Below, one piece after another: positions 17,601 to 27,278 of a stretch of DNA of 64,000 bases. The stretch covers positions 3,648,001-3,712,000 of the forward strand of contig OZ241917.1 in NCBI GenBank assembly GCA_965203805.1. Direction: 5' to 3'. The number at the start of each line of letters is the position of its first letter. The first letter of the stretch is position 1. The notes under the pieces are model-generated. The model had not been told where the DNA came from. It worked only from the letters and a program-made list of their open reading frames with translations, and made no database searches. This DNA is from Candidatus Latescibacterota bacterium. GTDB lineage: Bacteria > Latescibacterota > UBA2968 > GCA-2709665. The position numbers were made by a program, and so were the translations under genes.

Positions 17601-20209
17601 ATTCCGCGATTGTGACGTTTCCCGCGCCGCGACAGGGCGCGATTCTGGTCTCGGTGGAACAGGACAGCCGCGTACTGCAGACCCGATGGCACGATCCGGA
17701 CGGTCTACGGGACGAGTTCCGGGTTTCGGTGCCCATCTCGCGGGATATGGCGCCCACCGCGTACGTCGGCGTCTCGGTCCTGCAGCCGTACAGCCAGACG
17801 ATGAACGATCGACCAATCCGCCTGTACGGCGTCGTTCCGCTCAATGTAAGCGATCCGCATACCCGCCAGGAAATCTCCGTTCGCATGCCGGACGAACTGA
17901 GGCCCGAGTCCCCGTTTCAGGTTCAGGTCGAGACGGACGACGGAGAGCCGGCGCAGTTCACACTGGCTGTGGTGGACGAGGGATTGCTGGCGCTCACGGG
18001 GTATTCCACGCCGGACGCCTGGAAGTCGTTTTACAGGAAACGCCGCCTGGGCGTGGTGACCCACGACGTGTATTCCCACGTCATCGGCGCCAACAAGGGC
18101 GACGTCTTCAAGACCTTTGCCGTTGGAGGCGGCTTCGCGAAGGCTTACAGGACTTCCCAGCTGGATGCGAAGGGCAGGAAGCGATTCAAGGCGGTATCGC
18201 TGTTCAAGGGACCGATTGAAACCGACGCGCGGGGACGGGCCGCCGTTGATTTCGATATGCCGGACTACACGGGTTCGGTGCGTGTGATGGTCGTTTCCGC
18301 CGGCAGGGGGCGATACGGCCGGGCAGAGACATCCGTGCCGGTGAAGTCCGACCTGATGGTGATGCCCACGCTGCCGCGCGTGCTTGGGCCGGAGGACCGA
18401 ATCACCGTTCCCGTGACCGTTTTCGCGATGGCCGACAGTATCGGTCCGACCGTCGTTTCGATGCGGACCGAAGGCCCCGTTTCCATTGTCGGACCTGCGC
18501 GGCAGGAGCTGGCCTTCTCCGCGGCGGGCGAAAAGGACCTCACGTTCGCTCTACAGGCGTCGGCGGCCGTGGGACAGGCACGGGTTGTCGTGACCGCGGA
18601 GGCGCAGGGGCTTGCGGCGGACCATGAGACCGATCTGAAGGTGCGCGCCTCGGCAGCCAGGATCTATTCGACGGAGGAGCAGAGTGTCCGGCCGGGCGAG
18701 AGGGTCCGGTTTGCGGTACCGGACAGAGGACTGCCCGGTACCAATCGCGCCATCGTGGCCTTACGCCGCCGCCCCGACCTGGGGATGACCCATCGGCTGC
18801 TCGGGCTGATACGCTACCCGTACGGTTGTATCGAGCAGACGGTGTCAGCCGCGTTCCCGCTGCTCTATCTGGGAACGCTGCTGGAAGGCGTAACGTTTGC
18901 CGGCCCCGCAACGAGCGATATCGACCGGTATATCAATCTGGCGATCCGCAAGTTGAGGAACTTCAAACTTGCGTCCGGAGGGTTCACGTACTGGCCCGGC
19001 GCATCGTCGGTCTCGACCTGGGGCTCCCTGTACACGGGGCATTTTTTAATCGAAGCAGGGAAACTGGGATACCACGTTCCTCAGGACCTGATGGCCAACT
19101 GGCTGCGTTACGAGAAGTCGCGTGCACTGACCGCTAAAGACGACCTGATGGAACGGGTTTATCGGGTCTATCTCCTGGCGCTTGCCGGCGAATACCGGAT
19201 CGGCCCGATGAATCTGCTGAAAGAGACCGGCATCAAGGACATGAACGACACCCAGAAGTGGATGCTGGCCGCGGCCTATCACCTTGCCGGCGTGGAGCGG
19301 ACAGCCGCGCAGATCCTCATCCCGGCGGGAAAGCGGGTGGAAGATTACCGCGAATCGGGCGGCACCTACGGCTCGAGCCTGCGGGATATGGCGATCATTC
19401 TGAATACGCTGGTTATGTTCGAACGCTGGTCGGAGGCGGACGAGATCGCCAATCAGTTAGGAAAAGCGCTCGCGTCGCAGGAATGGTACAACACCCAGAC
19501 CACCGGGTTCATGCTTCTGGCCATGGGGAAGTATCTTCGTTCTCTTTCCGGGGAAGACGATCGCCCGCCCGTGCTCGCTGGCACCCTTTACCTTGCGGAT
19601 GGGAAGGAAGTGCCGTTTGAGACGGATCGATCCGTCTATCAACTGGAAATCGAAGACGGCTTCGGCCGGGAAATCGAGGTATTTCTGGATTCAACGTCGA
19701 CCGTCAACAGGGCGTTCGCAACCCTGGATTGGGACGGCGTTCCGCTTACCGACGACCTGGGAGACACGTCCAGCAAGCTGAGTCTCGAGGTGGCCTGGCT
19801 CAATGAGGCAGGCCTGCCGGTCGAGCCCGCCGAACGCTCCCAAGGCGAGAACTTCTGGGGTCATTTCCGCGTGCGCAATCTGTCGGCCGTTCGAAAAATC
19901 GAAGAGGTGGCGCTGGTTCAGGTCCTTCCTGCCGGTTGGGAGATCGACAACCCGCGACTGTCCGCCCGGACCGCTCCGGGATGGACGACCCGCCTGGATC
20001 TGAACCTGGAGGAGTATCTGGACGTGCGCGACGACCGCGTGATGTGGTTCTTCGACATCGGCAGGCGCACCAAATTGGACTTCGTGGTCCGATTGAACGC
20101 GGTTACGGTCGGGTCATTCAGGCTGCCCGCAACGGTTGCCGAAGCGATGTACGATCGGACCTACAGGGCGACGGCGGCAGGAAGACCGGTCGAGGTCAGG
20201 CATAGATAG
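14678..20209 (+). CDS. Bacterial alpha-2-macroglobulin lipoprotein
   Basis: Lipobox LMTG-C, YTERGVYRPGD, AVVDEG, thioester motif YPYGCIEQ, DVRDDR, AEAMYD; followed by pbpC. Confidence 0.95.
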   Translation: MTPNRIECCLLLLTGILMTGCASKRNETETITYSRETARLVSHATSDMIRAGDDIRVRFVSPVVSGNRVGHGLEETVFAFVPHIDGNARWADRRTLLFKPDEPLPFRQRYRGTLDLAALFPRRPDLRPLEFAFHVAGREIVSLNADFEVIEKDDPRRVVYKGRVVFSEKTPLEQVRQAARLSMYSGRKSLSLAWTADAEGKVFSFVSEPIERSKTTRVLRFNLEKEALAISRDYVEKRRLTPITEMKIVKVEGRGEGRQPGLAVELTDEPDPHQDLQGLIAVDPPMDVRIRAAGRKIHVSGEFEHGRHYTLTVHPGIRSRWGAATASERTETIQIPDLKPRIRFSEDGMILPTINRQRVRFRTVNVSRVRLEIKQVFDSNLGQFLQTQSLKSDGDRRRSFSSWQVNRVGVGLVDTVLEIGAVRNRWLQHELDLNELLDPTEKGPLLISLSFKHIDMLYGAPGEAEEARKQRRRNRGNYDFRNHPFSPEYVHRFGRAFKPVIVSDIGLTYKKAHRRHFVYARNVSNAAPMAGVAVTLRTFQNQVAGRGVTDRYGEAAISGGRRDIFYVEAEKDGQKSIIKCNEMAWNLSTFDTGGAAAPPDGVRAFIYTERGVYRPGDEIHLSLIARNSEQTFPENHPVTLKLYNPRNQLVLERTARDGKDGFYVFSFKTEPHDPTGNWRARLAVGSRTFEHTVKVETVAPYRLRVWIEPEKQNLTAEDNELRLGLLSTYLFGNPAVGLDAEVTAELRHSAKQFSGYPEFSFTNEGVTHRPVRTSIFKGRLDTLGRARVRWRLPQLDGTPSAIQVVINATVLERGGRPNRSRETLALDPYDRYVGVRKPRFDYGYARMGSAVEIPIVLVTPEGEAAAGLPLEYRIFRSTAHWWWEYESRDQFRLRFKKDQNTEQIDSGSLFSKTTPVPLVFTPDQRGEYLIEVQDAAGHTAAFFIRAYPWGEAQADPKTAGMLALRTDRKSYAPGDSAIVTFPAPRQGAILVSVEQDSRVLQTRWHDPDGLRDEFRVSVPISRDMAPTAYVGVSVLQPYSQTMNDRPIRLYGVVPLNVSDPHTRQEISVRMPDELRPESPFQVQVETDDGEPAQFTLAVVDEGLLALTGYSTPDAWKSFYRKRRLGVVTHDVYSHVIGANKGDVFKTFAVGGGFAKAYRTSQLDAKGRKRFKAVSLFKGPIETDARGRAAVDFDMPDYTGSVRVMVVSAGRGRYGRAETSVPVKSDLMVMPTLPRVLGPEDRITVPVTVFAMADSIGPTVVSMRTEGPVSIVGPARQELAFSAAGEKDLTFALQASAAVGQARVVVTAEAQGLAADHETDLKVRASAARIYSTEEQSVRPGERVRFAVPDRGLPGTNRAIVALRRRPDLGMTHRLLGLIRYPYGCIEQTVSAAFPLLYLGTLLEGVTFAGPATSDIDRYINLAIRKLRNFKLASGGFTYWPGASSVSTWGSLYTGHFLIEAGKLGYHVPQDLMANWLRYEKSRALTAKDDLMERVYRVYLLALAGEYRIGPMNLLKETGIKDMNDTQKWMLAAAYHLAGVERTAAQILIPAGKRVEDYRESGGTYGSSLRDMAIILNTLVMFERWSEADEIANQLGKALASQEWYNTQTTGFMLLAMGKYLRSLSGEDDRPPVLAGTLYLADGKEVPFETDRSVYQLEIEDGFGREIEVFLDSTSTVNRAFATLDWDGVPLTDDLGDTSSKLSLEVAWLNEAGLPVEPAERSQGENFWGHFRVRNLSAVRKIEEVALVQVLPAGWEIDNPRLSARTAPGWTTRLDLNLEEYLDVRDDRVMWFFDIGRRTKLDFVVRLNAVTVGSFRLPATVAEAMYDRTYRATAAGRPVEVRHR

Positions 20210-20296
20210 AACGCCACCGGGCCGTCGTCTTTCCGGCCGCCGGCAGCGACGGCGGGGCGATTCGGGGAACGACGGTCTGTTGCAGAGGCTGAGATT

Positions 20297-22678
20297 ATGG
20301 TTTCACTGAGAAAGCGGACGGTGAAGGTAGGATGGCGCCGCGTGGCCCTTCGTGCACTTGGAAGACGCGGGAGGGCGGGGCTCCTTCTTACACTCCTTCT
20401 CTTCCCCGTGGCGATTTACGTATCGACTCCCCTGCCGGATCCGCTATTCGATCCCGACTACAGTACGGTTGTGCTGGACGAACGGGGACGGATCCTGCGG
20501 ATGTTCCTGAATGGCGATGAGCAGTGGCGTTTCCCCCACCGGGCGAATGCCGATGTTCCTCACGCGCTCGAAGCCGCGGTTCTCTGTTTCGAGGACCGCC
20601 GCTTTTACAGGCATCCCGGCGTGGACCCGCTGGCGCTGCTTCGCGCCGTTTATCAGAATTTCCGTGCCGGAGAGGTCGTTAGCGGCGCGAGCACGCTGAC
20701 GATGCAGGTTGCCCGGATGACCTCGCCGAAGAAGAGGACCTATATCAATAAAGCTATGGAGATGCTCCAGGCATTGAAAATGGAACTTCATTACGACAAG
20801 AAGCGGATCCTGAACCTCTACCTGGACCACGCGCCATACGGCGGAAATGTCGTGGGCTACCGTGCGGCAGCGCACCGGTATTTCGGCAAGTCTGCTGAAC
20901 GGCTGACCTGGGGAGAGGCCGCCACGCTGGCGGTCCTTCCGAATGCGCCCGGGCTGATATCGCCTCTTGCGGACCCGGACAAACTGCGGGTCAGGCGAGA
21001 CCGGCTTCTGAGCCGGCTGCGGAACGAAGGGGCGATAGACGTCGAGACCTTTGACCTGGCGAGGCTGGAAGCGGTTCCGGAGGGCGCCCTGCCGTTGCCG
21101 ATGGACGCGCCGCATCTGTCGCGGCGGCTGGCGTCGCGGCACCGGAGTACGTATTTGAGGACCACGCTAAGACGGGACATTCAGAAACAGAGCGCGAAAC
21201 TCGTCAATCGACACGCTGCCTTCATGCGGCGCCTGGGGGTCCGGAACGGCGCGGCCCTGGTGGTCGAAACACGAACGGGAGAGGTGCGCGCGTACGTCGG
21301 ATCCCAGGGCTTTTTCGACGCCCGGAACCAGGGCCAGGTGGACGGCGTTGCGGCCGCACGGTCCTCCGGATCTCTTCTCAAACCGTTTCTGTTCGCCCTG
21401 GGCGTCGACGAGGGCCTCCTGCTGCCCCGGACGCAGGTCCGGGACCTGCCCACGCACTACGGCGCTTTCTCCCCGGGGAACGCGGATGGGACCTATGCCG
21501 GTCTGGTTGCGGCCAAAGAAGCGCTGGTTCGTTCCCTGAACGTGCCCGCGGTCCGTCTGCTGGATGCGTACGGGATGGACCCGTTCCACCGGTTTTTGAA
21601 AGCCGCCGGCCTGACGACGCTCTTCCGGTCTTCCGTTGATTACGGGCTGCCGATGATTCTCGGAGGCGTCGAAGTCAGCCTGTGGGACATGGCGCAATGC
21701 TACCGCGCGCTGGCCAACGGCGGGCGCTTCGATCCCCTCAAGGTCATGGCAGGAGCGCCCGGCGCGGAAGGTCCCTCGCTTATCAGTCCCGGCGCCTGTT
21801 ATCTGACACTCGACGTGCTTCGGGATCTCAAGCGCCCCGGCGTGGAATATTACTGGCATCAGTTCCAGAACCAGTGGCCGATCGCCTGGAAGACGGGTAC
21901 CAGCTACGGGAAGCGGGATGCCTGGGCCGTCGGCGTCAGCCCGGAGTGGACGGTGGCGGTCTGGATCGGCAACTTCGGGGGTCGAGGGAATGCGGACCTC
22001 ACGGGCGCGAGTTCGGCCGCGCCCCTCCTGTTCGACCTGTTCAACATGCTGCCGAAGCGACGGGAGCACGCCTTGTTCGAAACGCCGGATTCCAGCCTGC
22101 GTCCGCTTCAGCTTTGCGCGGATACCGGATTCCGGGCGGGTCCGGACTGCGAGCGTCCGGTACCCGTTCAGGCGCCCCGGCATATGAAACCCCTCCGAAC
22201 CTGTCCCTACCACCGGACCTTCCAGGTGACGATGGACCAAAGCCATCGCGTGTGTTCGCTCTGCTGGCAACCCGGGGCGCGTCGTTCTGTAAAGCGGCTG
22301 GTCTTTCCGGCGGATGTCGCGCAAGTCTTGCGTGAACGGGGGCATGTTCCTGGCACGGTTCCGCCGCACAATCCGGAATGCCCGGCCGCGACCGAGTCCC
22401 TTCCGTTGAAAATCACCTACCCGCAACAGAACGCCAGGCTGTGGCTTCCCAGGGATTTCGGCGGCGCGCTGCAGAAGATCGCGATGCGGGTGGCTCACCG
22501 GGAGACGAATCGCATTCTGTACTGGTACCTGGACGACCGGTATCTGGGGAGCAGCCGCGGACGGCACGTCAAAGCCGCGGAACTTTCGAAGGGATGGCAC
22601 ACGCTGGACGTGGTGGACGAGATGGGCAACCGGGATCGAAAGCGCTTCTTCGTCGACATGAGACACAACGGCGGATGA
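20297..22678 (+). CDS. pbpC: Penicillin-binding protein 1C
   Basis: EDRRFYRHPGVD, GASTLTMQVAR, SGSLLKPF (SxxK), SLN, KTGTS; usual position after A2M. Confidence 0.93.
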   Translation: MVSLRKRTVKVGWRRVALRALGRRGRAGLLLTLLLFPVAIYVSTPLPDPLFDPDYSTVVLDERGRILRMFLNGDEQWRFPHRANADVPHALEAAVLCFEDRRFYRHPGVDPLALLRAVYQNFRAGEVVSGASTLTMQVARMTSPKKRTYINKAMEMLQALKMELHYDKKRILNLYLDHAPYGGNVVGYRAAAHRYFGKSAERLTWGEAATLAVLPNAPGLISPLADPDKLRVRRDRLLSRLRNEGAIDVETFDLARLEAVPEGALPLPMDAPHLSRRLASRHRSTYLRTTLRRDIQKQSAKLVNRHAAFMRRLGVRNGAALVVETRTGEVRAYVGSQGFFDARNQGQVDGVAAARSSGSLLKPFLFALGVDEGLLLPRTQVRDLPTHYGAFSPGNADGTYAGLVAAKEALVRSLNVPAVRLLDAYGMDPFHRFLKAAGLTTLFRSSVDYGLPMILGGVEVSLWDMAQCYRALANGGRFDPLKVMAGAPGAEGPSLISPGACYLTLDVLRDLKRPGVEYYWHQFQNQWPIAWKTGTSYGKRDAWAVGVSPEWTVAVWIGNFGGRGNADLTGASSAAPLLFDLFNMLPKRREHALFETPDSSLRPLQLCADTGFRAGPDCERPVPVQAPRHMKPLRTCPYHRTFQVTMDQSHRVCSLCWQPGARRSVKRLVFPADVAQVLRERGHVPGTVPPHNPECPAATESLPLKITYPQQNARLWLPRDFGGALQKIAMRVAHRETNRILYWYLDDRYLGSSRGRHVKAAELSKGWHTLDVVDEMGNRDRKRFFVDMRHNGG

Positions 22679-22904
22679 CGAAACTGCGTTTCAGTGACAC
22701 GTCCCGGCATGTACGTTTCTCCGTACCGCGTGAAATTGCGACACGGGACTTGAAAACCGGGTCCGTCTTTGCTATCTTGGGACACGGCGAGATGGAAATC
22801 GTCAGCCGTCAGGAACGGAGGCGGCGCCCTGCCCCGGACCTGTCGATTCTCGCCCGGGGCGAAGAGAGAGGACAACCGCTGGCCGCCGATCGCCGGTTTA
22901 AATT

Positions 22905-23885
22905 ATGGAAATCAAGAGCGACCCACCGGCCGGACCCGGCACACCGACGCGCGGAACGGTTGATGTTTCCATCGTGATTCCGCTATTGAACGAAGCGGAC
23001 AGCCTTCGACCGCTGATGGAACAGATCCGGACGACCCTGGCTGCAACCGGGCTTCGTTTCGAAGTGATTTTCATAGACGATGGCAGTACTGACGGATCAA
23101 TCGCGATTCTGGAGGAGCTCCACGGCGTCCACGACGAAGTCCGGGTCATTCAGTTCCGCCGCAACTTCGGCAAAGCCGCGGCGTACGCCGCGGGATTCGA
23201 CGTGGCGGCGGGGCGGACGATCATCACCATGGATGCCGACCTCCAGGACGATCCGGCGGAAATCCCTCATCTGATCGAAGAAATCGACAGCGGTCTCGAC
23301 CTGGTTTCCGGGTGGAAGAAGAAGCGCTTCGATCCCCTCAGCAAGACCATCCCGTCCAGGTTCTTCAACTGGGTAACCGGCCGGATTTCCGGCATTCCGA
23401 TACACGATTTCAATTGCGGTCTTAAGGCGTTCCGCCGCGAGGTCGTGGGCGACATCAAGATATACGGCGAACTGCATCGGTACATTCCAGTCCTTGCCCA
23501 CATGGAAGGCTACCGCATCGGAGAAATCGTCGTACAGCACCGCCCCCGCCGCTTCGGCGTCACCAAATACGGGTGGACGCGTCTGCTGAAGGGCTTCTTC
23601 GATCTGCTTACCGTCATGTACCTGGGTCGGTACATCGGACGTCCGTTACACCTGTTCGGCACGATAGGCGTCATGCTGAGCGCGTTGGGCGTTGCGATCA
23701 ACGCCTTTATCGCATTTCTATGGTTCAGCACGGGGACCATTCAGAACCGCCACCCGCTACTTTTCCTTGGAATCCTGCTGTCGGTGCTGGGGGTTCAGTT
23801 CGTGTGCACCGGCCTCCTGGCCGATATGATCACGCGGCAGACGCTTCTCCACGAGAAATACAACATCCGAAGAATCCTCAAGTAG
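22905..23885 (+). CDS. Glycosyltransferase family 2 (ArnC/DPM-synthase-like)
   Basis: SIVIPLLNE, DDGSTD, RNFGK, MDADLQDDP, HDFNCG, two C-terminal TM helices. Confidence 0.92.
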   Translation: MEIKSDPPAGPGTPTRGTVDVSIVIPLLNEADSLRPLMEQIRTTLAATGLRFEVIFIDDGSTDGSIAILEELHGVHDEVRVIQFRRNFGKAAAYAAGFDVAAGRTIITMDADLQDDPAEIPHLIEEIDSGLDLVSGWKKKRFDPLSKTIPSRFFNWVTGRISGIPIHDFNCGLKAFRREVVGDIKIYGELHRYIPVLAHMEGYRIGEIVVQHRPRRFGVTKYGWTRLLKGFFDLLTVMYLGRYIGRPLHLFGTIGVMLSALGVAINAFIAFLWFSTGTIQNRHPLLFLGILLSVLGVQFVCTGLLADMITRQTLLHEKYNIRRILK

Positions 23886-23929
23886 CGCCTCCGTTCGCGC
23901 CCGGAACCCCGAGACATGGAGACAGGCAC

Positions 23930-23964
23930 AAAAAAACGACAGACCATAGGACATGGTCTGTCGT
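23930..23964 (-). terminator. Rho-independent terminator (minus strand)
   Basis: 12-bp stem ACGACAGACCAT/ATGGTCTGTCGT with a T7 tail on the minus strand. Confidence 0.75.
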
Positions 23965-24022
23965 ATACGACGAACTGCCGGCACAAACGAAGTCGTTACG
24001 TCGCGGGTGTTGCAGCCGTGGC

Positions 24023-24193
24023 TCAAAAGGCCATCGGCATTCCGTGGACCTGCGGGCGGCCCAACACCGCCTGATCGTGCCGGCGTACCACGCGCCTGAG
24101 CTGTTCGGAGCGCCTATCGTTTCCCTTGATCGCGTAATAAAGCGCCAGAAAGGCCAGGCGGTCGCGCGGATTCAGTGCTGTCTTGAGATCCAT
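24023..24193 (-). CDS. Small protein of unknown function (56 aa)
   Basis: MDLKTALNPRDRLAFLALYYAIKGNDRRSEQLRRVVRRHDQAVLGRPQVHGMPMAF; GAGG 7 nt before ATG; sigma-54-like promoter upstream and terminator downstream. Confidence 0.6.
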   Translation of the reverse strand: MDLKTALNPRDRLAFLALYYAIKGNDRRSEQLRRVVRRHDQAVLGRPQVHGMPMAF

Positions 24194-24259
24194 TTCAGGG
24201 CCTCGAACGTTAAGGGTGACAGAAAGAAATTAACACTGATGAACACACTCTGAAAATAT

Positions 24260-24276
24260 AGCGAATATCGTGCCAA
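24260..24276 (-). promoter_or_regulatory. Sigma-54 (-24/-12) promoter
   Basis: TTGGCACG-ATAT-TCGCT, one mismatch to TGGCACG-N4-TTGC. Confidence 0.6.
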
Positions 24277-24522
24277 CAATTCGGACCAGGCGTGTTGTTT
24301 TCCATTTATTCAGCATTTGCGGGCATTTTTCGGGCACAAGTTGAACGTTTGACGCGGTCACGCGTAGCACAATGTGTTCAATTGCACCACACAGTGTGAA
24401 AAATCCGGTGAAATTCGCCCACTCGCCGGACGGGGCCAGGTGAACCCTGACCAACCGTTCCGGCGGCACGATCTCACCGGACCCACGCCGTTGCCTTATT
24501 AAGGGCGGGAGGCGGTATCCAT

Positions 24523-25809
24523 ATGCTGGATCTGAACCGGATTCGGGAGGATCCCGATGGCGTCAGGCAGGCGCTGTTGAAGCGGCTGGACGGGGTGGAT
24601 TTTGCGGACTTGCTCCAGTGGGACCGGGACCGGAGAGCCCTTATCGCCAGAATAGGGGGCCTGCGCGAACGTCGAAACAAGGTCTCCGCGCAGATCCCGC
24701 AGATGAAGCGTGCGGGCAGGGACACGACCGATATCCAGAGTGAAATGAAGGCGGTTTCCGGGAACATCAGGACCCTTGAGACGGAGCTCTCGGAATTTGA
24801 ACGCCGTATCCGGAGCTTTCTGGAGGAACTGCCCAATATTCCGGCAAACGACGTTCCCCCGGGAGGGAAGGAGAACAACGAGGTCATTCGAACCTGGGGC
24901 GAAATGCCGGAATTGGCGGAAGGGGCCAAAGACCACGTCGACCTTGTAACCTCGCTGGGGCTGATCGACTACGAGCGCGGCGTGAAGATGGGCGGCGCCG
25001 GGTTCTGGCTCTATCGGGGCGACGGCGCCCGCCTGGAATGGGCGCTCCTGAACTACTTCGTCGAAGCGCACCTCCGGGACGGCTACGAATTTGTACTGCC
25101 GCCGCACCTGCTCACGTATGACTGCGGTTACACGGCCGGGCAGTTTCCCAAGTTCGCTGACGACGTGTTTCATCTGAAGTGGGAAAGCGAAAAGGAGTCG
25201 CGGTTCCTCCTGCCAACGTCCGAGACCGCCCTGATCAACTTCCATCGGGACGAAATTCTGCCGGAAGCGGACCTGCCCAGGAGATATTTTTCCTATACGC
25301 CATGCTACCGGAGAGAGGCCGGCAGCTATCGGGCCCAGGAACGCGGCATGATTCGAGGACACCAGTTCAACAAGGTCGAGATTTTCCAGTTCACGCGCCC
25401 CGAAGACTCCGATCTCGCCCTGGAAGAGCTGATTGCCAAGGCCGAAGGCCTGGTTCAGGGTCTGGAGTTGCACCACCGCGTTTCCAAACTGGCCGCCCAG
25501 GATGCCAGCGCGGCGATGGCCAAGACCTACGACATCGAGATTTGGATTCCGAGCATGGGAGAGTACAAGGAGGTCAGTTCGGCATCCAACGCGAGCGACT
25601 ACCAGGCCCGGCGCGGCCGCATCCGGTTCAAACGCGCCGAGACGGGGCGGAATGAATTCGTGCATACGCTCAACGCCTCAGGCCTGGCGACCAGCCGCCT
25701 GATTCCAGCCATTGTCGAGCAGACTCAGCGACCCGACGGCTCGGCTGTCATTCCGAGAGTCCTTCGGCCGTATATGGGCGGGCAGGAAGTCCTGGAACCC
25801 GCGGCGTGA
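24523..25809 (+). CDS. serS: Serine--tRNA ligase
   Basis: N-terminal coiled coil, LPNIP, GQFPKF, LLPTSE, YRREAG, HQFNKVE, HTLNASGLA. Confidence 0.97.
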   Translation: MLDLNRIREDPDGVRQALLKRLDGVDFADLLQWDRDRRALIARIGGLRERRNKVSAQIPQMKRAGRDTTDIQSEMKAVSGNIRTLETELSEFERRIRSFLEELPNIPANDVPPGGKENNEVIRTWGEMPELAEGAKDHVDLVTSLGLIDYERGVKMGGAGFWLYRGDGARLEWALLNYFVEAHLRDGYEFVLPPHLLTYDCGYTAGQFPKFADDVFHLKWESEKESRFLLPTSETALINFHRDEILPEADLPRRYFSYTPCYRREAGSYRAQERGMIRGHQFNKVEIFQFTRPEDSDLALEELIAKAEGLVQGLELHHRVSKLAAQDASAAMAKTYDIEIWIPSMGEYKEVSSASNASDYQARRGRIRFKRAETGRNEFVHTLNASGLATSRLIPAIVEQTQRPDGSAVIPRVLRPYMGGQEVLEPAA

Positions 25810-25828
25810 AACGCGAATCCGCCGGGCG

Positions 25829-27223
25829 CTACAGACCCAGAATGCGGTTTGCGGTCTCTATCGCCTGTCTGACGCAGTCGGGCACGGAGGAGCCCCGGTA
25901 TGCGCTGCCGGTGAGGTACAGGCCCGGTTGTTCCGCCAGGAGCGATTCCAATTTCCCAACCCGGTCCAGGTGTCCCACGTCGAACTGGGGCCTTCCCTTC
26001 CGCCAGCGGTGAATCCGGGAAAACAACGGCTCCGCGGTCAGGCCCATCACGCGCGCAAGGTCTTCCCTGACGGCACGCACGAGCATTTCGTCGGACATCT
26101 CAATCACGTCTTCCTGAGTGTCCCTGCCGACAAATCCCCTTAGCAACACCCCGTCGTCCGGCGCCCGGTGGTCCAGCTTGGACGACACCCAGGTGCATCC
26201 CGTGGTTCGGAGACCCTCCGATCGCGGAACCAGGAATCCGAACCCGTCAAGGTTGTGCTGGTCGAGAACGTCGGCCTTCCGGTACGCCAGCGCCACGGTC
26301 CCGGAGGAGACGTACCGGACCTGCCGGAGCCGGGCCGACAGCGATGGCGCGAACCCGTCCAGCAGACCGGCCGCTGCATACGCCGGCGCGGCCAGTACCA
26401 CGGCATCGGTTTGCAGAGAATCCCCGCCAAGCGACACGTCAAATCCACGCTTGCGTCTCGCCAGGCCCGTTACCCGGGAGTTTGTGCGCAGGTCGCCGCG
26501 GAGCCGGTCCACAATCGCCTCGACGAGTTCTCCGAGACCGCCGATCAGGGTCTGGAACATCGGTTGCGACGGCACGCCGTCGCCCGAAGACGAATGGTGT
26601 TTCCGCGCGGCGCGAACGGCCCTGATCAGGCTGCCGTATTTGCGCTCCATTTCCGCAAACTGTGGAAAGGTTGCCAGCAGGCTCAGCTTTTCCGGATCCG
26701 CCCCGTGGATGCCCGCAAGCATCGGTCCCCCGATCTTATCGAGGGCCTCCTGCCCCAGGCGCCGCCGGACAAACGACGCCAGGCTCTCGTCGTCCGCGTC
26801 CTTTCGGGGGGGTAGATAACGCTCCAGACCGATCCGCAGCTTGCCGCGAATGGAGAAGAGCGGGGAGCGGGCGATCGGCAGGAACCGCGACGGCACCAGG
26901 GTGAAGTCTTCGGGAAACGGCGCCAATTCACCCGCCTGTACCAGGTAGGTCTTCCGCCGTTCCTCGTTCGGCGCAATCAGCCGGTCCTCGAGCCCCAGGT
27001 CCAGACAGAGCCCGACGCCCCATGGCTTCCGAGTCAAAAGCAAATCGGGTCCACCCTCGATGGTGAACCCGTTGATCCGCTCGGTCAGGATTTCCCCGCC
27101 CCATCGCCCCGTGGCCTCAACCAGCGTGTAATCGACCTCCCTGCCGTGGGCTTCGGCCTTTTCCTGGAGATAATAGGCCGTTGCCAGCCCGGCGATTCCT
27201 CCGCCAGCGATGGTCACATGCAT
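25829..27223 (-). CDS. hemY: HemY-type proto/coproporphyrinogen oxidase
   Basis: GGGIAGL FAD motif, [25 protein letters not shown]; in an operon with hemE and hemH. Confidence 0.93.
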   Translation of the reverse strand: MHVTIAGGGIAGLATAYYLQEKAEAHGREVDYTLVEATGRWGGEILTERINGFTIEGGPDLLLTRKPWGVGLCLDLGLEDRLIAPNEERRKTYLVQAGELAPFPEDFTLVPSRFLPIARSPLFSIRGKLRIGLERYLPPRKDADDESLASFVRRRLGQEALDKIGGPMLAGIHGADPEKLSLLATFPQFAEMERKYGSLIRAVRAARKHHSSSGDGVPSQPMFQTLIGGLGELVEAIVDRLRGDLRTNSRVTGLARRKRGFDVSLGGDSLQTDAVVLAAPAYAAAGLLDGFAPSLSARLRQVRYVSSGTVALAYRKADVLDQHNLDGFGFLVPRSEGLRTTGCTWVSSKLDHRAPDDGVLLRGFVGRDTQEDVIEMSDEMLVRAVREDLARVMGLTAEPLFSRIHRWRKGRPQFDVGHLDRVGKLESLLAEQPGLYLTGSAYRGSSVPDCVRQAIETANRILGL

Positions 27224-27278
27224 TTCGGCACCTCAACACGGCATCGGGAATCGGTACGCGGACCGGAGGCGTCCGGAT

